64,000 nucleotides of DNA from an uncultured Desulfobacter sp. (GTDB lineage Bacteria > Desulfobacterota > Desulfobacteria > Desulfobacterales > Desulfobacteraceae), in contig OY762069.1 of assembly GCA_963665095.1 (NCBI GenBank), positions 5,696,001 through 5,760,000 on the forward strand. Direction: 5' to 3'. Positions within the stretch are counted from its first letter, which is position 1. Each line of letters opens with the position of its first letter. A program made the position numbers and the translations under genes. This document shows positions 1 to 10,816 of this stretch, piece by piece. The notes under the pieces are model-generated. The model had not been told where the DNA came from and did no database searches. It saw only the letters and a program-made list of their open reading frames with translations.

Positions 1-5
1 AATTA

Positions 6-389
6 ATGAAACAGGCTGTATTGGTAAGCAAAGAGAAAGATCAGTTCCAGGAACTATCGCAGATGTTGAACCGGAACAACATTGATATGAAGTGGGTTGA
101 CTCAGGAAAAGCGCTATTATCCCAGCTTTCAGAAATGCCTGCCGGACAGTGGGTGGATCTTGTAGTGACTGAAGAACAGTTGGCAGACATGGATGCCAAA
201 GCGCTTGTTGAGGCGGTGATTGCCCAAAGCCCCATGACCAATTGTGCAGTGGCGGGCACCATGGAGAAAAAAAAGTTCCATGATGTATATGAAGGATACG
301 GCGTCCTCATGCAGCTGCCGCCCACGCCAGGACAGGCGGATGCCGACCTGCTCGAAGACCACTTGAAAAAAATCAGAGTGATAGGCTGA
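6..389 (+). CDS. CheY-like atypical (pseudo-)receiver domain protein
   Basis: 127 aa with receiver-like pattern (DSGKALLSQL..DLVVTEEQLADMDA) but Glu at the expected phospho-Asp position and no conserved Lys. Confidence 0.55.
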   Translation: MKQAVLVSKEKDQFQELSQMLNRNNIDMKWVDSGKALLSQLSEMPAGQWVDLVVTEEQLADMDAKALVEAVIAQSPMTNCAVAGTMEKKKFHDVYEGYGVLMQLPPTPGQADADLLEDHLKKIRVIG

Positions 390-425
390 TCTGCAACGAA
401 TTTATCCGGCAAGGAGAGTAAATAT

Positions 426-1280
426 ATGATTATCAGCATTGCCAGCGGAAAAGGCGGCACAGGGAAAACCACTGTGGCCACCAACCTTTGCGCAAGTCTG
501 GGTGCAGACCTGACGCTTTTGGACTGCGACGTTGAAGAACCCAATGCCCATCTTTTTTTAAATCCTGTTATCACCGACGAACAAAAGGTGAATGCACCGG
601 TACCCAAAGTGGATGACACCCTTTGCACCTATTGCAGGAAATGCATGGAGATCTGCAGGTACTCGGCCATTGCCGTGGCAGGAAAGACGGTCGTGACCTT
701 TCCGGAACTGTGCCACTCCTGCGGCGGCTGCGCAGTTGTCTGTCCTGAAAAGGCCATCACGGAAGTGGAGCGGTTTATCGGTACGGTGGAAACAGGTGAC
801 CTGTCCACCGGCGCATCATTCGGCCGGGGACTTTTGGATATCGGCCAGGTCATGGCCCCACCGGTGATCCGGCAGGTAAGACAGCTTGAAGGCAAAAAAG
901 AGCTGACCATCATTGACGCCCCTCCCGGCACCTCCTGTCCGGTGATTGCAGCCATGAAAGGGACTGATTTTGTCCTGCTTGTCACCGAACCCACCCCATT
1001 CGGACTGCATGACCTGAGCCTGGCTGTGGAAGCAGTAAAGCTTTTAGGCATTCCCTATGGCCTTGTCATCAACCGGGCCGGCCTTGGCAATGATGATGTA
1101 AAAACCTATGCCAAAAAAGAAAACCTGCCCATCTTGATGGAGATCCCCTTTGACAAGCGCATTGCCATGGCTTATTCAAAAGGCGAACTTCTGATAGAGG
1201 CCCTGCCCGCATACAAAGAGATGTTTAAAACCCTGTATGAGTCCATTAAATCAATCGTTAACCGGAAAGGGGCTGCCTGA
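426..1280 (+). CDS. MinD-superfamily P-loop ATPase with inserted 2x[4Fe-4S] ferredoxin domain
   Basis: SGKGGTGKT Walker A, DCDVEEPN, CxxCxxCxxxC twice, DAPPGTSCP, VTEPT. Confidence 0.92.
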   Translation: MIISIASGKGGTGKTTVATNLCASLGADLTLLDCDVEEPNAHLFLNPVITDEQKVNAPVPKVDDTLCTYCRKCMEICRYSAIAVAGKTVVTFPELCHSCGGCAVVCPEKAITEVERFIGTVETGDLSTGASFGRGLLDIGQVMAPPVIRQVRQLEGKKELTIIDAPPGTSCPVIAAMKGTDFVLLVTEPTPFGLHDLSLAVEAVKLLGIPYGLVINRAGLGNDDVKTYAKKENLPILMEIPFDKRIAMAYSKGELLIEALPAYKEMFKTLYESIKSIVNRKGAA

Positions 1281-2179
1281 TGAAAGAACTTGTTATTTTA
1301 AGCGGGAAAGGCGGAACCGGAAAAACCAGCATTACATCAGCTTTTGCAAGCCTTTCCGACAGCATGATGCTTTGTGATGCCGATGTGGATGCAGCTGACC
1401 TGCATCTGATTATGGCCCCGGATGTCCGTGAGACCCATGATTTTGCCGGCGGCTATGAAGCTGAAATTATCCCTGATGCCTGCATCGGCTGCGGCCAGTG
1501 CATGGAGCTGTGCCGGTTTGGCGCGGTGAGCCAGGTGGAAGGGCAGGAGATCTATTACATTAACGGCATTGACTGTGAAGGATGCGGGGTCTGCGCAGAC
1601 CTGTGCCCTGAATCCGCTATTAAATTCGAAGAAAAAATCTGCGGCCAGTGGTTTGCCTCCGACACCCGGTTCGGCCAGATGATCCATGCCCGTTTAGGCG
1701 TTGCCGAAGAGAACTCCGGCCGTCTTGTGGCCCTGGTCAGGGAAGAGGCCCGCAAGAGAGTCCTGGCCAACCGCATTGATCTTCTGATCACAGACGGCCC
1801 TCCGGGTATCGGCTGTCCCGTCATTGCCTCCATGGGCCAGGCCAATGCCGTTCTCATTGTAACGGAACCAACCGTTTCCGGCATCCATGACATGGAGCGC
1901 GTGGCCCAGCTGGCAGCCCATTTCAAAATTCCTGCCATGATCTGTGTCAATAAATATGACCTGAATCCGGAGCAGGCAAAAGCCATTGAAGCCATTGCAG
2001 AAAAACGGCAGTTGAACTTTGTTGGAAAAATTCCCTTTGATCCGGCATTTACAAAAGCCATGGTTCAGGGTAAATCCATCATGGAAACTCATGCGGACAG
2101 CCCGGCGGCCATGGAAATTAAAAACATATGGAACCGGGTCATGGATCATCCGGCCATGAAGATGGACCGGCTGTGCTGA
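1280..2179 (+). CDS. MinD-superfamily P-loop ATPase with inserted ferredoxin domain (paralog)
   Basis: SGKGGTGKT, DADVDAADL, two CxxCxxCxxxC, DGPPGIGCP; start overlaps the upstream TGA. Confidence 0.92.
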   Translation: MKELVILSGKGGTGKTSITSAFASLSDSMMLCDADVDAADLHLIMAPDVRETHDFAGGYEAEIIPDACIGCGQCMELCRFGAVSQVEGQEIYYINGIDCEGCGVCADLCPESAIKFEEKICGQWFASDTRFGQMIHARLGVAEENSGRLVALVREEARKRVLANRIDLLITDGPPGIGCPVIASMGQANAVLIVTEPTVSGIHDMERVAQLAAHFKIPAMICVNKYDLNPEQAKAIEAIAEKRQLNFVGKIPFDPAFTKAMVQGKSIMETHADSPAAMEIKNIWNRVMDHPAMKMDRLC

Positions 2180-2263
2180 TAAAAATGGAAATACGCAAAA
2201 CAAAAAAGGAATCCGTTTCTTTTTAAATTTATATCCATCAAGTAAAAGGAGTAATTAACAATC

Positions 2264-2650
2264 ATGGAAAACGGTAGAATTGCAATCCCCTCCAACGGTG
2301 AAGGCGGCCTCAACGGCACCCGCGCCGGTCATTTCGGACACTGTGACGTATTTACCTTTGTAGATGTCAAAGACGGAAAAATTGAAAATGTATCAACGCT
2401 CCCCAACCAGGAACATGTTCAGGGCGGCTGCATGGTGCCTGTCAACCTCCTGGCCGAGCACCGGGTCAACGCACTGATCGTGGGCGGCATCGGCATGCGT
2501 CCGCTCATGGGCTTCCGCCAGGTGGGCATTGATGTCTATCATGATGACCAGCGTCCGGACATCGAACCGGTTGTTATGGATCTGATTGCAGGCAAACTCA
2601 CCCAGATTAGAAATGACCAGGTCTGCGGCGGTGGCGGCGGCCAAATGTAA
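2264..2650 (+). CDS. NifB/NifX-family (FeMo-co biosynthesis-like) protein
   Basis: RIAIP, GHFGHC, GGIG, C-terminal CGGG; RBS AAGGAG. Confidence 0.85.
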   Translation: MENGRIAIPSNGEGGLNGTRAGHFGHCDVFTFVDVKDGKIENVSTLPNQEHVQGGCMVPVNLLAEHRVNALIVGGIGMRPLMGFRQVGIDVYHDDQRPDIEPVVMDLIAGKLTQIRNDQVCGGGGGQM

Positions 2651-2678
2651 CTTCACGTTTCACCATCAGGATAAAACC

Positions 2679-3038
2679 ATGAAAATAGCCATTACATCAA
2701 CAGGAAAAGACCTTGATGCCCAGGTGGACCCCAGATTCGGCCGTGCGGCCTACATCATTGTGGTGGACATCGACACCCTGGATTTTGAGGTCATTGACAA
2801 CTCTGAAAATAAAAATGCCTTCAAGGGTGCCGGCATTACAGCGGCATCCTCGGTCTGTGACAAAGGTGCCAACGTGCTGATCACAGGCTTTTGCGGCCCC
2901 AATGCATTTAAAACCCTTGACAGTGCCGGCGTGAAAGTAGCCAACGATGCCACCGGCACCATCAAAGATGTCATTGAGGACTATAAAGCCGGAAAGTTCA
3001 TCTTTGCCGAAGACGCCAATGCCGAAGGCCACTGGTAA
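2679..3038 (+). CDS. NifB/NifX-family protein
   Basis: MKIAIT..DPRFGRA..GAG..G(F)CGPNAF; ATG at 2679 preferred over the ORF-track start. Confidence 0.88.
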   Translation: MKIAITSTGKDLDAQVDPRFGRAAYIIVVDIDTLDFEVIDNSENKNAFKGAGITAASSVCDKGANVLITGFCGPNAFKTLDSAGVKVANDATGTIKDVIEDYKAGKFIFAEDANAEGHW

Positions 3039-3159
3039 ATTGTAATTTGGAGAGCATCCTGTATTGGTGGCATCTTTTTACCCCTATCTTACCCCCGTCT
3101 CATTTAAAAAGGTGCTGCCAGTACAGGGTGTTCTCCAATAAGTACAAAAAGGAGGCACC

Positions 3160-3414
3160 ATGCCTTTGTATGATTTCCACTGCCCGGAATGCAACCGGAT
3201 TGTTGAACTGCTCATGACCTCCCGGGATGACCAGGCGGTCTGCCCTGAATGTGGTAGTACCGGACTTAAAAAGCTCATGGCAGCCCACTCCAGCTTGTCA
3301 GGCAAATCCGGCAGTTCCATGCCCGGCCCCAATGATACCGCCTGCTGCGGGTCCCGGCCCGGGGAAAAAAGCGGATGTGCCGGCCCTGGTTCCTGCTGCG
3401 GCAGAACCTTTTAG
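3160..3414 (+). CDS. FmdB-family zinc-ribbon protein
   Basis: MPLYDFHCPEC..CPECGS, Cys-rich tail; RBS AGGAGG. Confidence 0.88.
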   Translation: MPLYDFHCPECNRIVELLMTSRDDQAVCPECGSTGLKKLMAAHSSLSGKSGSSMPGPNDTACCGSRPGEKSGCAGPGSCCGRTF

Positions 3415-3441
3415 CCCGGTGTTTTCAATTATATTTAAACC

Positions 3442-4710
3442 TTGCCCGAAGCAATTCATAAAAAACCAACCGCCTTTGAAAAACGGGTCAAACGCCGTAT
3501 TTCAGGGCGACCCCATGTTTTTTTTGCCGTATGTCCCCCGGGGCTTGGCCGCATCTGTGAAGCTGAAATTAAAGGTATCAGTGCCAACGCCGCTGAAGAT
3601 GCCTCCTGCAATTACGCCATTACGGATATAAAACAGCTTCCCGGGGGCCTCGAATTCACCACAAGGCTGGATACTGCCTGTCTGATCAACCTGTTATCCG
3701 GCTCTGCCACCCGGATTCTTATGCGAGTGGCTGCATTTAAAGCGGATAATTTCCATAGGCTTGAACAGCAGGTTAAGGGCATTGACTGGGAATTATGCCT
3801 GCCCCGGGATGTCCAACCCGATATCCGGGTAACTACCCATAAATCAAGACTCTACCACTCAGACGCCATTGGTGATCGGATCCATGCCTGGGTTTGTGAA
3901 AAGCTGCAAACTCAAGGGGCTGCAACTGCATCCGGGAAATCCACCCCAAAAGATCTTTCAAAGCCTTGGAATCCGGTTCCCCAGATTATAACGGTACGTG
4001 CAGAAAATGACCGGTTTGAACTCTCCCTGGATATGTCCGGCATCCCTTTATACAAGCGCGGCATTAAAACCCACATTGTCAAAGCCCCTTTGCGTGAAAC
4101 CCTGGCCTTTGCCATACTGACCCGCTTAAACCTCTCCCCAAAAGACACGCTGGCAGACCCCATGTGCGGTTCCGGCTCTTTCAGCTTAGAAGGGGCCATG
4201 ATCCAGCGCAGTCTGCCCCCGGGGATATTTAGAACCTTTGCCTTTGAAGCATGGCCGGGATTTAAAAAAAAGGCCTTTGAGTACGCCAGATCCAGACTTT
4301 TAGACTATGCAGAAAACTGCATTGACACAGATAGCATCCCGCCCATACTGGCCCGGGATCTGGATCAGACCGCTATCAACCACCTGTCTGACACCACCCG
4401 TTTTCACGAAGCATTCCACCGTATCCAGCCGGAATGCGGTGATTTTTTTGACATGAGACCTGAACAGAAAAAAAACGGAGTAGTGGTTTTAAACCCGCCC
4501 TATGGCATCCGGCTTGATAAAGATGAAGACATCACCGGGCTGTACAAAGAGATCGGCCGGAAACTGAAAACAGATTTTAAAGGATTCCGTGCCGGCATTA
4601 TCTGCCCGGACAAAGACAAATTAAAGGCGCTGGATATAGGCCTGTCCCCCATGCCGCTTTTCCACGGCGGCCTGGATCTTTATGCGGCCATCGGCGTGAT
4701 CGGCACATAA
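3442..4710 (+). CDS. THUMP-domain RNA methyltransferase (RlmL N-terminal type)
   Basis: APLRETLA, DPMCGSGS, NPPYG motifs; start codon uncertain. Confidence 0.85.
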   Translation: MPEAIHKKPTAFEKRVKRRISGRPHVFFAVCPPGLGRICEAEIKGISANAAEDASCNYAITDIKQLPGGLEFTTRLDTACLINLLSGSATRILMRVAAFKADNFHRLEQQVKGIDWELCLPRDVQPDIRVTTHKSRLYHSDAIGDRIHAWVCEKLQTQGAATASGKSTPKDLSKPWNPVPQIITVRAENDRFELSLDMSGIPLYKRGIKTHIVKAPLRETLAFAILTRLNLSPKDTLADPMCGSGSFSLEGAMIQRSLPPGIFRTFAFEAWPGFKKKAFEYARSRLLDYAENCIDTDSIPPILARDLDQTAINHLSDTTRFHEAFHRIQPECGDFFDMRPEQKKNGVVVLNPPYGIRLDKDEDITGLYKEIGRKLKTDFKGFRAGIICPDKDKLKALDIGLSPMPLFHGGLDLYAAIGVIGT

Positions 4711-4872
4711 GCCCGCTTGATCAAATCCGCTGATTTTATTATATTCGCTTAAAAATGATTCCTGCGGCTTTGCGCACCTGGTCAAGAGCAGGATTTTGTA
4801 AAATAGTCTACTCTTCCGGATACGGAAACAAGCCGCCCGGTTTATTAATCTGCTGTGTAGGAGTAAATTGTC

Positions 4873-5340
4873 ATGACATTGATGGACGGCAGTCTGGATG
4901 AACTTGAAACTCAGATTATACTGGCCCTTCAGGAGGATGCCCGTAAATCATACAAAAGCATTGCCAAAGAACTCGGGGTTGCCGAGGGCACGGTAAGCAA
5001 CCGGGTCAACCGCCTGATCCAGCAGGGCATACTCAAACTTGAGGCCCGGGTCAACCCCTTTGCGCTTTCCAATAAAGTAGCGGCCATTTTAGGCATCAAC
5101 ATCAAGCGGCAGTTCCATGCCAAGGCCGTCAGCGAGATCATGGCACTTCCCAACGTCAATGCCGTATGGGTGACCACAGGCAAGTATGATATTTTTGTGG
5201 AGGTGATGGCAGACTCCATCAAGGAACTCAATATCTTTATATTTGAAGAAGGGTTGAGTAATGTGGAGGGAATTGAAGCCACTGAAACCCACATTATGCT
5301 GCATTCAGACAGCAAATTTTTTAAAATTAGCCCGCCGTAG
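4873..5340 (+). CDS. Lrp/AsnC-family transcriptional regulator
   Basis: LQEDARKSYKSIAKELGVAEGTVSNRV HTH; TGKYD. Confidence 0.92.
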   Translation: MTLMDGSLDELETQIILALQEDARKSYKSIAKELGVAEGTVSNRVNRLIQQGILKLEARVNPFALSNKVAAILGINIKRQFHAKAVSEIMALPNVNAVWVTTGKYDIFVEVMADSIKELNIFIFEEGLSNVEGIEATETHIMLHSDSKFFKISPP

Positions 5341-5593
5341 GGGGGAGAATCGGATCCAAGCCAGATCAAATTAACTCACATTCACTCTTATTGAAATCTG
5401 CCCAATAAAATTTCTTGTTTTTAAAATGGTGTATATTTGTATCATTTTTAATACGTTCTTTGTCGAACCACATCTAATTCGTTTGAATCTGTAATTTCGT
5501 ATAGCCGCTTGTCATGGAAAAAATGGATTGTTTTTACCGCAATTTTCATATCAGAAGATTTGCGTTTGGAAGAGAACGACTTTTTTCTAAAAA

Positions 5594-7151
5594 TTATAAT
5601 CCGTTCAAACTGGGGGCCTCTGACAGGTCCAGCGCCTTCTGGGCTCCGGAAGCGGCCGATTCCGCCTGTTGAGCAGACAGCTTGCTTGAGTAGTTGAGTT
5701 CTTCCACGGTAGTGTTGGTCTGCTGTACTGCCGATGCCTGCTGCCGGATCACAGCTTCCTGCTCCGTCACTGAGGTGGTAATCTGTGCGGAGGAGGAAGA
5801 CAGAATGCTGATAATCTGGTTCAAAGGCCGGCTGACGGTTCTGGCAAAAAGAATACCTATGCCCAGCACACCTAACCCGCCGGTGACACCGAGAACCATC
5901 ATGGCATTTCGCAGGTCATAAAAGGATTCAAAGGCCTCTGCCTCACCAATGGTTGTCACAACTGCCCATCGGGTGCCCAGGGTATCTAAAGGCGCATAGC
6001 CGGCAATAACTTGGACGCCCCGGTAATCAGTGGTGACGCCAACGCCTTCTTCTCCCTGTAATGCAGCATGGACCACGGGACTGTCATAGGGAAGAATGCC
6101 AATGGCGGATTGTTGGCGGTTGACCTGATCAATGGTTGCCTGATCCACCCCTGCGGCTAAAAGCTGTTTTGCCAGCAGCTCCGGGGCCTGGGCAAAATGC
6201 CGCGAGGAGGATCGAAATTTCATATCTGGCCCAATGAGCAGGTTTTCTCCGGTTTTTCCCAATCCCATGCTTTGCCATTTATGGTTATTGGTCATGATGT
6301 TATTAATACCTTCAATGGAAACCTGAAAAATGATCGCACCAAGGATTTTTTCTTTTTCAAAAACAGGGGCGGCAATGAACGCCGCCGGTTTATTATATAA
6401 TGGCGGGTAGGGTTTAAAATCAGCAAAAAAAGTGGTCCCTTCTTGTTTTGCGGCCACAGCCTGTTTATATACACCGGCAATATTGGTATTGGCATAGGGT
6501 CCTGTGAGCAGGCTGGTGCCAAAATCAACTGCTTTGGTCACCGAATAGCCAATGTTCCCGGTTTCAGCGTTCACCAGAAAAAGATCACGGGTACCAAAAT
6601 TCTCCACAAAACTGCGGTATACAGGGTGATAACGGCTATGAATTACAGAGTAGGAACTCTTATCGTCAGCTTTATCCAGTTTTTGTTTTTCATTGACGGG
6701 AAAAGGATTGTTTGCAATATACCGGTACTACAGATATTGAACTGACCAAGACCTGGGGCCACCACAGGGAAAGCGCATCAGGCGGGGCATTAATGGTATT
6801 GGACTGCTGATAGACATACCTGGCTTTCAGCCGGGAGTTGACCAGGGATTCCTCAGCGTAGAACGCGTGTTGTTCAGTCCTGTTGAACGACTTGAATCCC
6901 ATGGTTAAACGATCCATGGCATCAATGGTCATGATGTTTTGGGCCTGGGTCACCACCTGGCGCCGGACGGTATCCAGGTACAAGGCAATGGTTTCCTTTC
7001 GGCTTTCCTCCAGAAAAGAGAGCTGATCCATGGTCTTTTTTCTCAGTGCAGACTTTGAATTGAAAAATGCATAGGTGCTGATGGGACAAAAGGGCGTCAG
7101 GCCGATAAGTATAAATAAACCGATGAGTTTATGGAATAGTTTAAATTTCAT
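5594..7151 (-). pseudogene. Cache-domain methyl-accepting chemotaxis protein, disrupted
   Basis: TM-Cache-TM then start of the MCP signalling domain (EQ..QQASAVQQT); frameshift near 6745, in-frame TAG at 6728-6730 (L*YRYIANNP), signalling domain truncated near 5615. Confidence 0.8.
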
Positions 7152-7484
7152 GACATTTGCTCCCGGTGTGTTAATTCGTAATTTTATGGTTCACCACCAG
7201 CATGCCGTCGGTAAGGATATGCTTCAGATCAACTATTCATTTTAAAAATTCTGCTGAAAAAACGGGGTGTCTAATCATATTACCCTGGCAATCAAAAATA
7301 GAAGAATGAAATTCTTTGAAATCTATATGAAAATTTTTCAAAATACGAATCGCATCCGGACCAATACGATTATGCGATCCTTGTTTTGTCCCCAACCGCC
7401 TTGATTACTTAAGCGTGCTTATTTATTAGAGTTTTGTCAATATAAGATGTCGACCCAATATATATTATGGTGCCTGTACGAAAC

Positions 7485-9710
7485 CTAACGTGTTCGGACT
7501 TTCAGGGGCCGGGCCGCACTGGCCACGGCCGTCAATGTAATCAGGTTATGAATCAGTGCTCCCGCAAAGGGCGAAATAATGCCGGTGAGCATGAGCAGCA
7601 GGGTTGCACTGTTCAGGCCAATGGCCAGGGAATAGCTTTTGCGGATCACTGACAGGGCATGCTGCCCTAAGTCCAGGGTATCTGCCACACCACCAAGGCC
7701 GCCGTGCTGCAGAACGACATCCGCACATTCAAGGGTTAAATCTTCACCTGCCTCACCCACGGCAAAACTTAAGTGAGACCTGGAAAAGGCCGGGGTGTCG
7801 TTGATCCCGTCCCCTGCCATGGCAATAACGGCAAGGGGATTTTCCTGTTTTTTACCTGCAATCCATTCAGCCTTGTCTTCGGGCGACATCCCCCAGTGAA
7901 CCTCGTCAAAGGCAAGGCGCGCAATTAAATCCCGGGTGCCCTCCCGGGTATCTCCGGTGAGGAGGATGATATGCGAAATGCCCATCCGGCGCAGCCGGTC
8001 CAGGGTGTCGGCGCCGGCATCAGACCGGATCACATGGGTCGCATGGATGCATCCTAAAATATGATCATCAAAGGCCACATAGACAACTGAATCTGACGGA
8101 TATGCGTCGGCACGGCCCCGGGCCTTATGGGCCCCAGATCCGGGTGCACAGGACTCAGGCAGTTTCACACCCCTTTCGGCCATGAATTTGCCGGAACCGG
8201 CCAGAAGGGTGCGCAACCCGGTTCCGGTCCGGATATTTGCTTCAACCCCCTGGCCCACAACCAGTTTCCGGGTATCGCAGGAGGGCAGGTCCAGATCCAG
8301 CTCATGGGCTTTGACGGCCACAGCCCGGCTTAAGGGGTGGTTCCAGGTGGCAAGTGCGGCCGCAGCCAGCTTTAAAATGGTATGGTCCTTATAACGGCGG
8401 TCCACCGCCACCACCCGGGTCACTCGGGCCGTGTTTTCAGTCAGGGTGCCGGTTTTATCCAAAACCAGCATATTGACCCGGCCGGCGGTTTCCACATGGG
8501 AGCCGCCCTTGATCAGAATTCCTTTGGACGCTGCCTGGCCCATGGCGACAGACACAGCTGTTGACGTAGACAGACGAAGGGCACAGGGACAGGTCACCAT
8601 GATGGTGGCAATGGCAAGGAACAACGACCCGGTCATTAAAAAGGCAACCCCGGCCAGGGCCAAAGAGACGGGCACCATGTACTGGGAAATTTTCAGGCTG
8701 GCCCGGCCCATCTCCCCTAAATCGGTCTGGGCAGACTCAATGAGCCGGATAATGGAAGCCATCCGGGTCTGGTCCCCGGTCTTTTCCACCGCCACCCACA
8801 CATGGCCATCCTCCACCAGAGTACCGGCCAGCACCGTATGGTCAATATCTTTTACCACAGGCAGGCTTTCCCCTGTCATGACCGCCTCGTTGACAAGGGC
8901 AGTGCCTTTGACCACCCGGCCGTCCACCGGCACGGTACTGCCCTGGCAAAGAACGATGGTGTCACCGGGAAGAAGATCTTCAATACCCACCCGCACTTCC
9001 ACCCCCTCCACCAGTTTCCAGGCATGTACCTGACGTCCTGTCAGCATATCTGAAACCATTTTTCGCGTATGCTGCCGGATCCGCGATTCCATCCAGCCGG
9101 ACAGGTTATAAAGCCAGGCCACCACAAGTGCCGTAAGAATATTGCCGGTAATAAGTGAGAGATAGAGCAGGCCGGTGGAGATAAAACTCATGTCCATGCG
9201 CCCGGTGGTTTTAAAATTTTCCACGGCCTGGCGCTGGATGGGCATGGCCAGCCACAGGGTCAGCGCCACGGGCAGGCTGACCAGGCGGGCCAGAAGCGTG
9301 CCGGCGGTGGGCATCGGCGCAAATATCCGCTTGATGACCAGCCATCCAATGTAGATGCCGGATACGATCAGGGTGGCGCCGGATACGTGACAGGATTTGT
9401 CCGCATCCGGAGTTTTAAGGGAAAACGCGCCGGAACCACCGGCCGCCGCCTTTTGGATTTTCAATTTTTCAAGCGCAGCTGCCTGGCCGGATATCTGCCG
9501 GATCAGGGCGTTGAGATCCGGCACCCGCTCCGGGTGAACCAGAACAACGGAACCTGTCCCGGGCCGGACCTCAACAGAATGAAAACCACCCTGGTTTTCA
9601 AGCAGAGATTGGACATGGGTACAGCAGGCCGGCTGGTGCCGCAACCCCGGAAACTGAATCCGGGTCCGAAAAGATGTGACCTGCCTAAGTTTAAACCGCA
9701 TCCCGTCCAT
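7485..9710 (-). CDS. P1B-type heavy-metal ATPase (TCPC / HNxxT), fez-cluster paralog
   Basis: TGES, DKTGT, GDGIND; TM4 TCPC, TM6 HNLIT; N-terminal degenerate HMA with RxR and CC. Confidence 0.88.
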   Translation of the reverse strand: MDGMRFKLRQVTSFRTRIQFPGLRHQPACCTHVQSLLENQGGFHSVEVRPGTGSVVLVHPERVPDLNALIRQISGQAAALEKLKIQKAAAGGSGAFSLKTPDADKSCHVSGATLIVSGIYIGWLVIKRIFAPMPTAGTLLARLVSLPVALTLWLAMPIQRQAVENFKTTGRMDMSFISTGLLYLSLITGNILTALVVAWLYNLSGWMESRIRQHTRKMVSDMLTGRQVHAWKLVEGVEVRVGIEDLLPGDTIVLCQGSTVPVDGRVVKGTALVNEAVMTGESLPVVKDIDHTVLAGTLVEDGHVWVAVEKTGDQTRMASIIRLIESAQTDLGEMGRASLKISQYMVPVSLALAGVAFLMTGSLFLAIATIMVTCPCALRLSTSTAVSVAMGQAASKGILIKGGSHVETAGRVNMLVLDKTGTLTENTARVTRVVAVDRRYKDHTILKLAAAALATWNHPLSRAVAVKAHELDLDLPSCDTRKLVVGQGVEANIRTGTGLRTLLAGSGKFMAERGVKLPESCAPGSGAHKARGRADAYPSDSVVYVAFDDHILGCIHATHVIRSDAGADTLDRLRRMGISHIILLTGDTREGTRDLIARLAFDEVHWGMSPEDKAEWIAGKKQENPLAVIAMAGDGINDTPAFSRSHLSFAVGEAGEDLTLECADVVLQHGGLGGVADTLDLGQHALSVIRKSYSLAIGLNSATLLLMLTGIISPFAGALIHNLITLTAVASAARPLKVRTR

Positions 9711-9771
9711 TCACACCAAATCAAAAAGCGTTAAACTTTTTTAAATAAACCCTAAAATAACCATCTTTGCC

Positions 9772-9896
9772 GTATTTGGACGCAAAGTGGTTCAGATGCA
9801 AGGCGCAGGAAATGTTGCAACCGGAGCAACCTTAAGGTTGTGAGGATTGTAACTTTTCCTGCAACGCCGCAGGTGGGCCGCTTTGGGTTCAAATAC
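9772..9896 (+). repeat. ~125 bp inverted-repeat (MITE/REP-like) element, copy 1
   Basis: GTATTTGGAC...GTTCAAATAC termini; core CAGATGCAAGGCGCA..GTGAGGATT..GCAACGCCGCAGGTGG shared with copies at 37171 and 58690. Confidence 0.85.
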
Positions 9897-10252
9897 TATT
9901 TTTTGCCTGCTGCTTCTGCTTCTACCTCTGCTTTAGCATCTTCAAACTTTTCCTTGATTTCCTCAACACCGGCGGATGCTGCTGCCACACACTTGGAAAA
10001 AGTTTTGACCACGGCTTTCTGTACCGTTTCATTGGTTACCAGAAGGGCCACGCCCGCCCCTAAAACGGCGCCCTTCCAAAAGGTGGCGGAGGTGGCATCA
10101 AGGCCCAAAAAAGAGGTGGCCGGGGCCTGTGCCACCTGCTGGGCCGCATAGGCCGGTTGCTGGACCTGGGCTGCTGCCGCTGCCGGGTCCTGATTCTGGG
10201 CAGATGCCTGATAATAGACCTGCTGGGTATTGGGATCAACATAGTAGCTCAT
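9896..10252 (-). CDS. Small Gly-zipper membrane protein with C-terminal helix (FezA/YtxH-like)
   Basis: FWKGAVLGAGVALL TM, EEIKEKFEDAKAE helix, N-terminal DPNTQQVYY. Confidence 0.7.
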   Translation of the reverse strand: MSYYVDPNTQQVYYQASAQNQDPAAAAAQVQQPAYAAQQVAQAPATSFLGLDATSATFWKGAVLGAGVALLVTNETVQKAVVKTFSKCVAAASAGVEEIKEKFEDAKAEVEAEAAGKK

Positions 10253-10363
10253 AGTTTTTCCTTCTTATATGGAAATTAAATAACTTAACTGGATTAATAT
10301 CATTGCTTTGCTGCAGGCCGTACCCGGACAGATATCTGCTCCGAATATTGGCCATGGCCGTTA

Positions 10364-10789
10364 TCAGGAAACAATGCGGTGAATCAGGTAGCTGACGCCC
10401 GTGGCAGCGGCCACGGTAACTGCTAACCCTGCGACACCCCCGCTGGTCAGGCCGGCTGCGGCTGCTGTGGCGCAGGCTGCTGCCGTGCCGCCGATGGCTC
10501 CTTTGGCAAGGCTGTCCCCGGCGGCCTGCCCCAGGGTCATTTCACCTTTGCCCACCTTGTTGAGGTTGGCGCCCATGGTGCCGGTGGATACCACAATAAA
10601 CCCGAAAATCCCGGCGCCGGCTGTTTGCGATGCAGCAGGGACAGAGGCCTTTGCCGGATAATTCGCGGTGGACATTTTCACAGGTGCGGCCGGATAAACC
10701 TGCACCGGGACAGCCTGGACATTGCTGTACTGGTGCAGCGGTGTGGTCTGATGGGCCGGGGTATGGGTGGAACTTGACGCATTTTCCAT
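10364..10789 (-). CDS. Gly/Ala-rich membrane protein, MamC-like
   Basis: GTMGANLNKVGKGEMTLGQA..LAKG; paralog of 18784..19203. Confidence 0.6.
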   Translation of the reverse strand: MENASSSTHTPAHQTTPLHQYSNVQAVPVQVYPAAPVKMSTANYPAKASVPAASQTAGAGIFGFIVVSTGTMGANLNKVGKGEMTLGQAAGDSLAKGAIGGTAAACATAAAAGLTSGGVAGLAVTVAAATGVSYLIHRIVS

Positions 10790-10816
10790 GGGGTAACTCC
10801 TTATATATGATAGCTT

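Noticed and set aside
2264..3038. Nitrogen-fixation cluster
   Set aside because: NifX-like folds occur widely without nitrogenase; no nifHDK in the window
6728..6730. In-frame TAG as pyrrolysine or recoding
   Set aside because: Accompanied by a frameshift and a truncation; ordinary pseudogenisation is simpler
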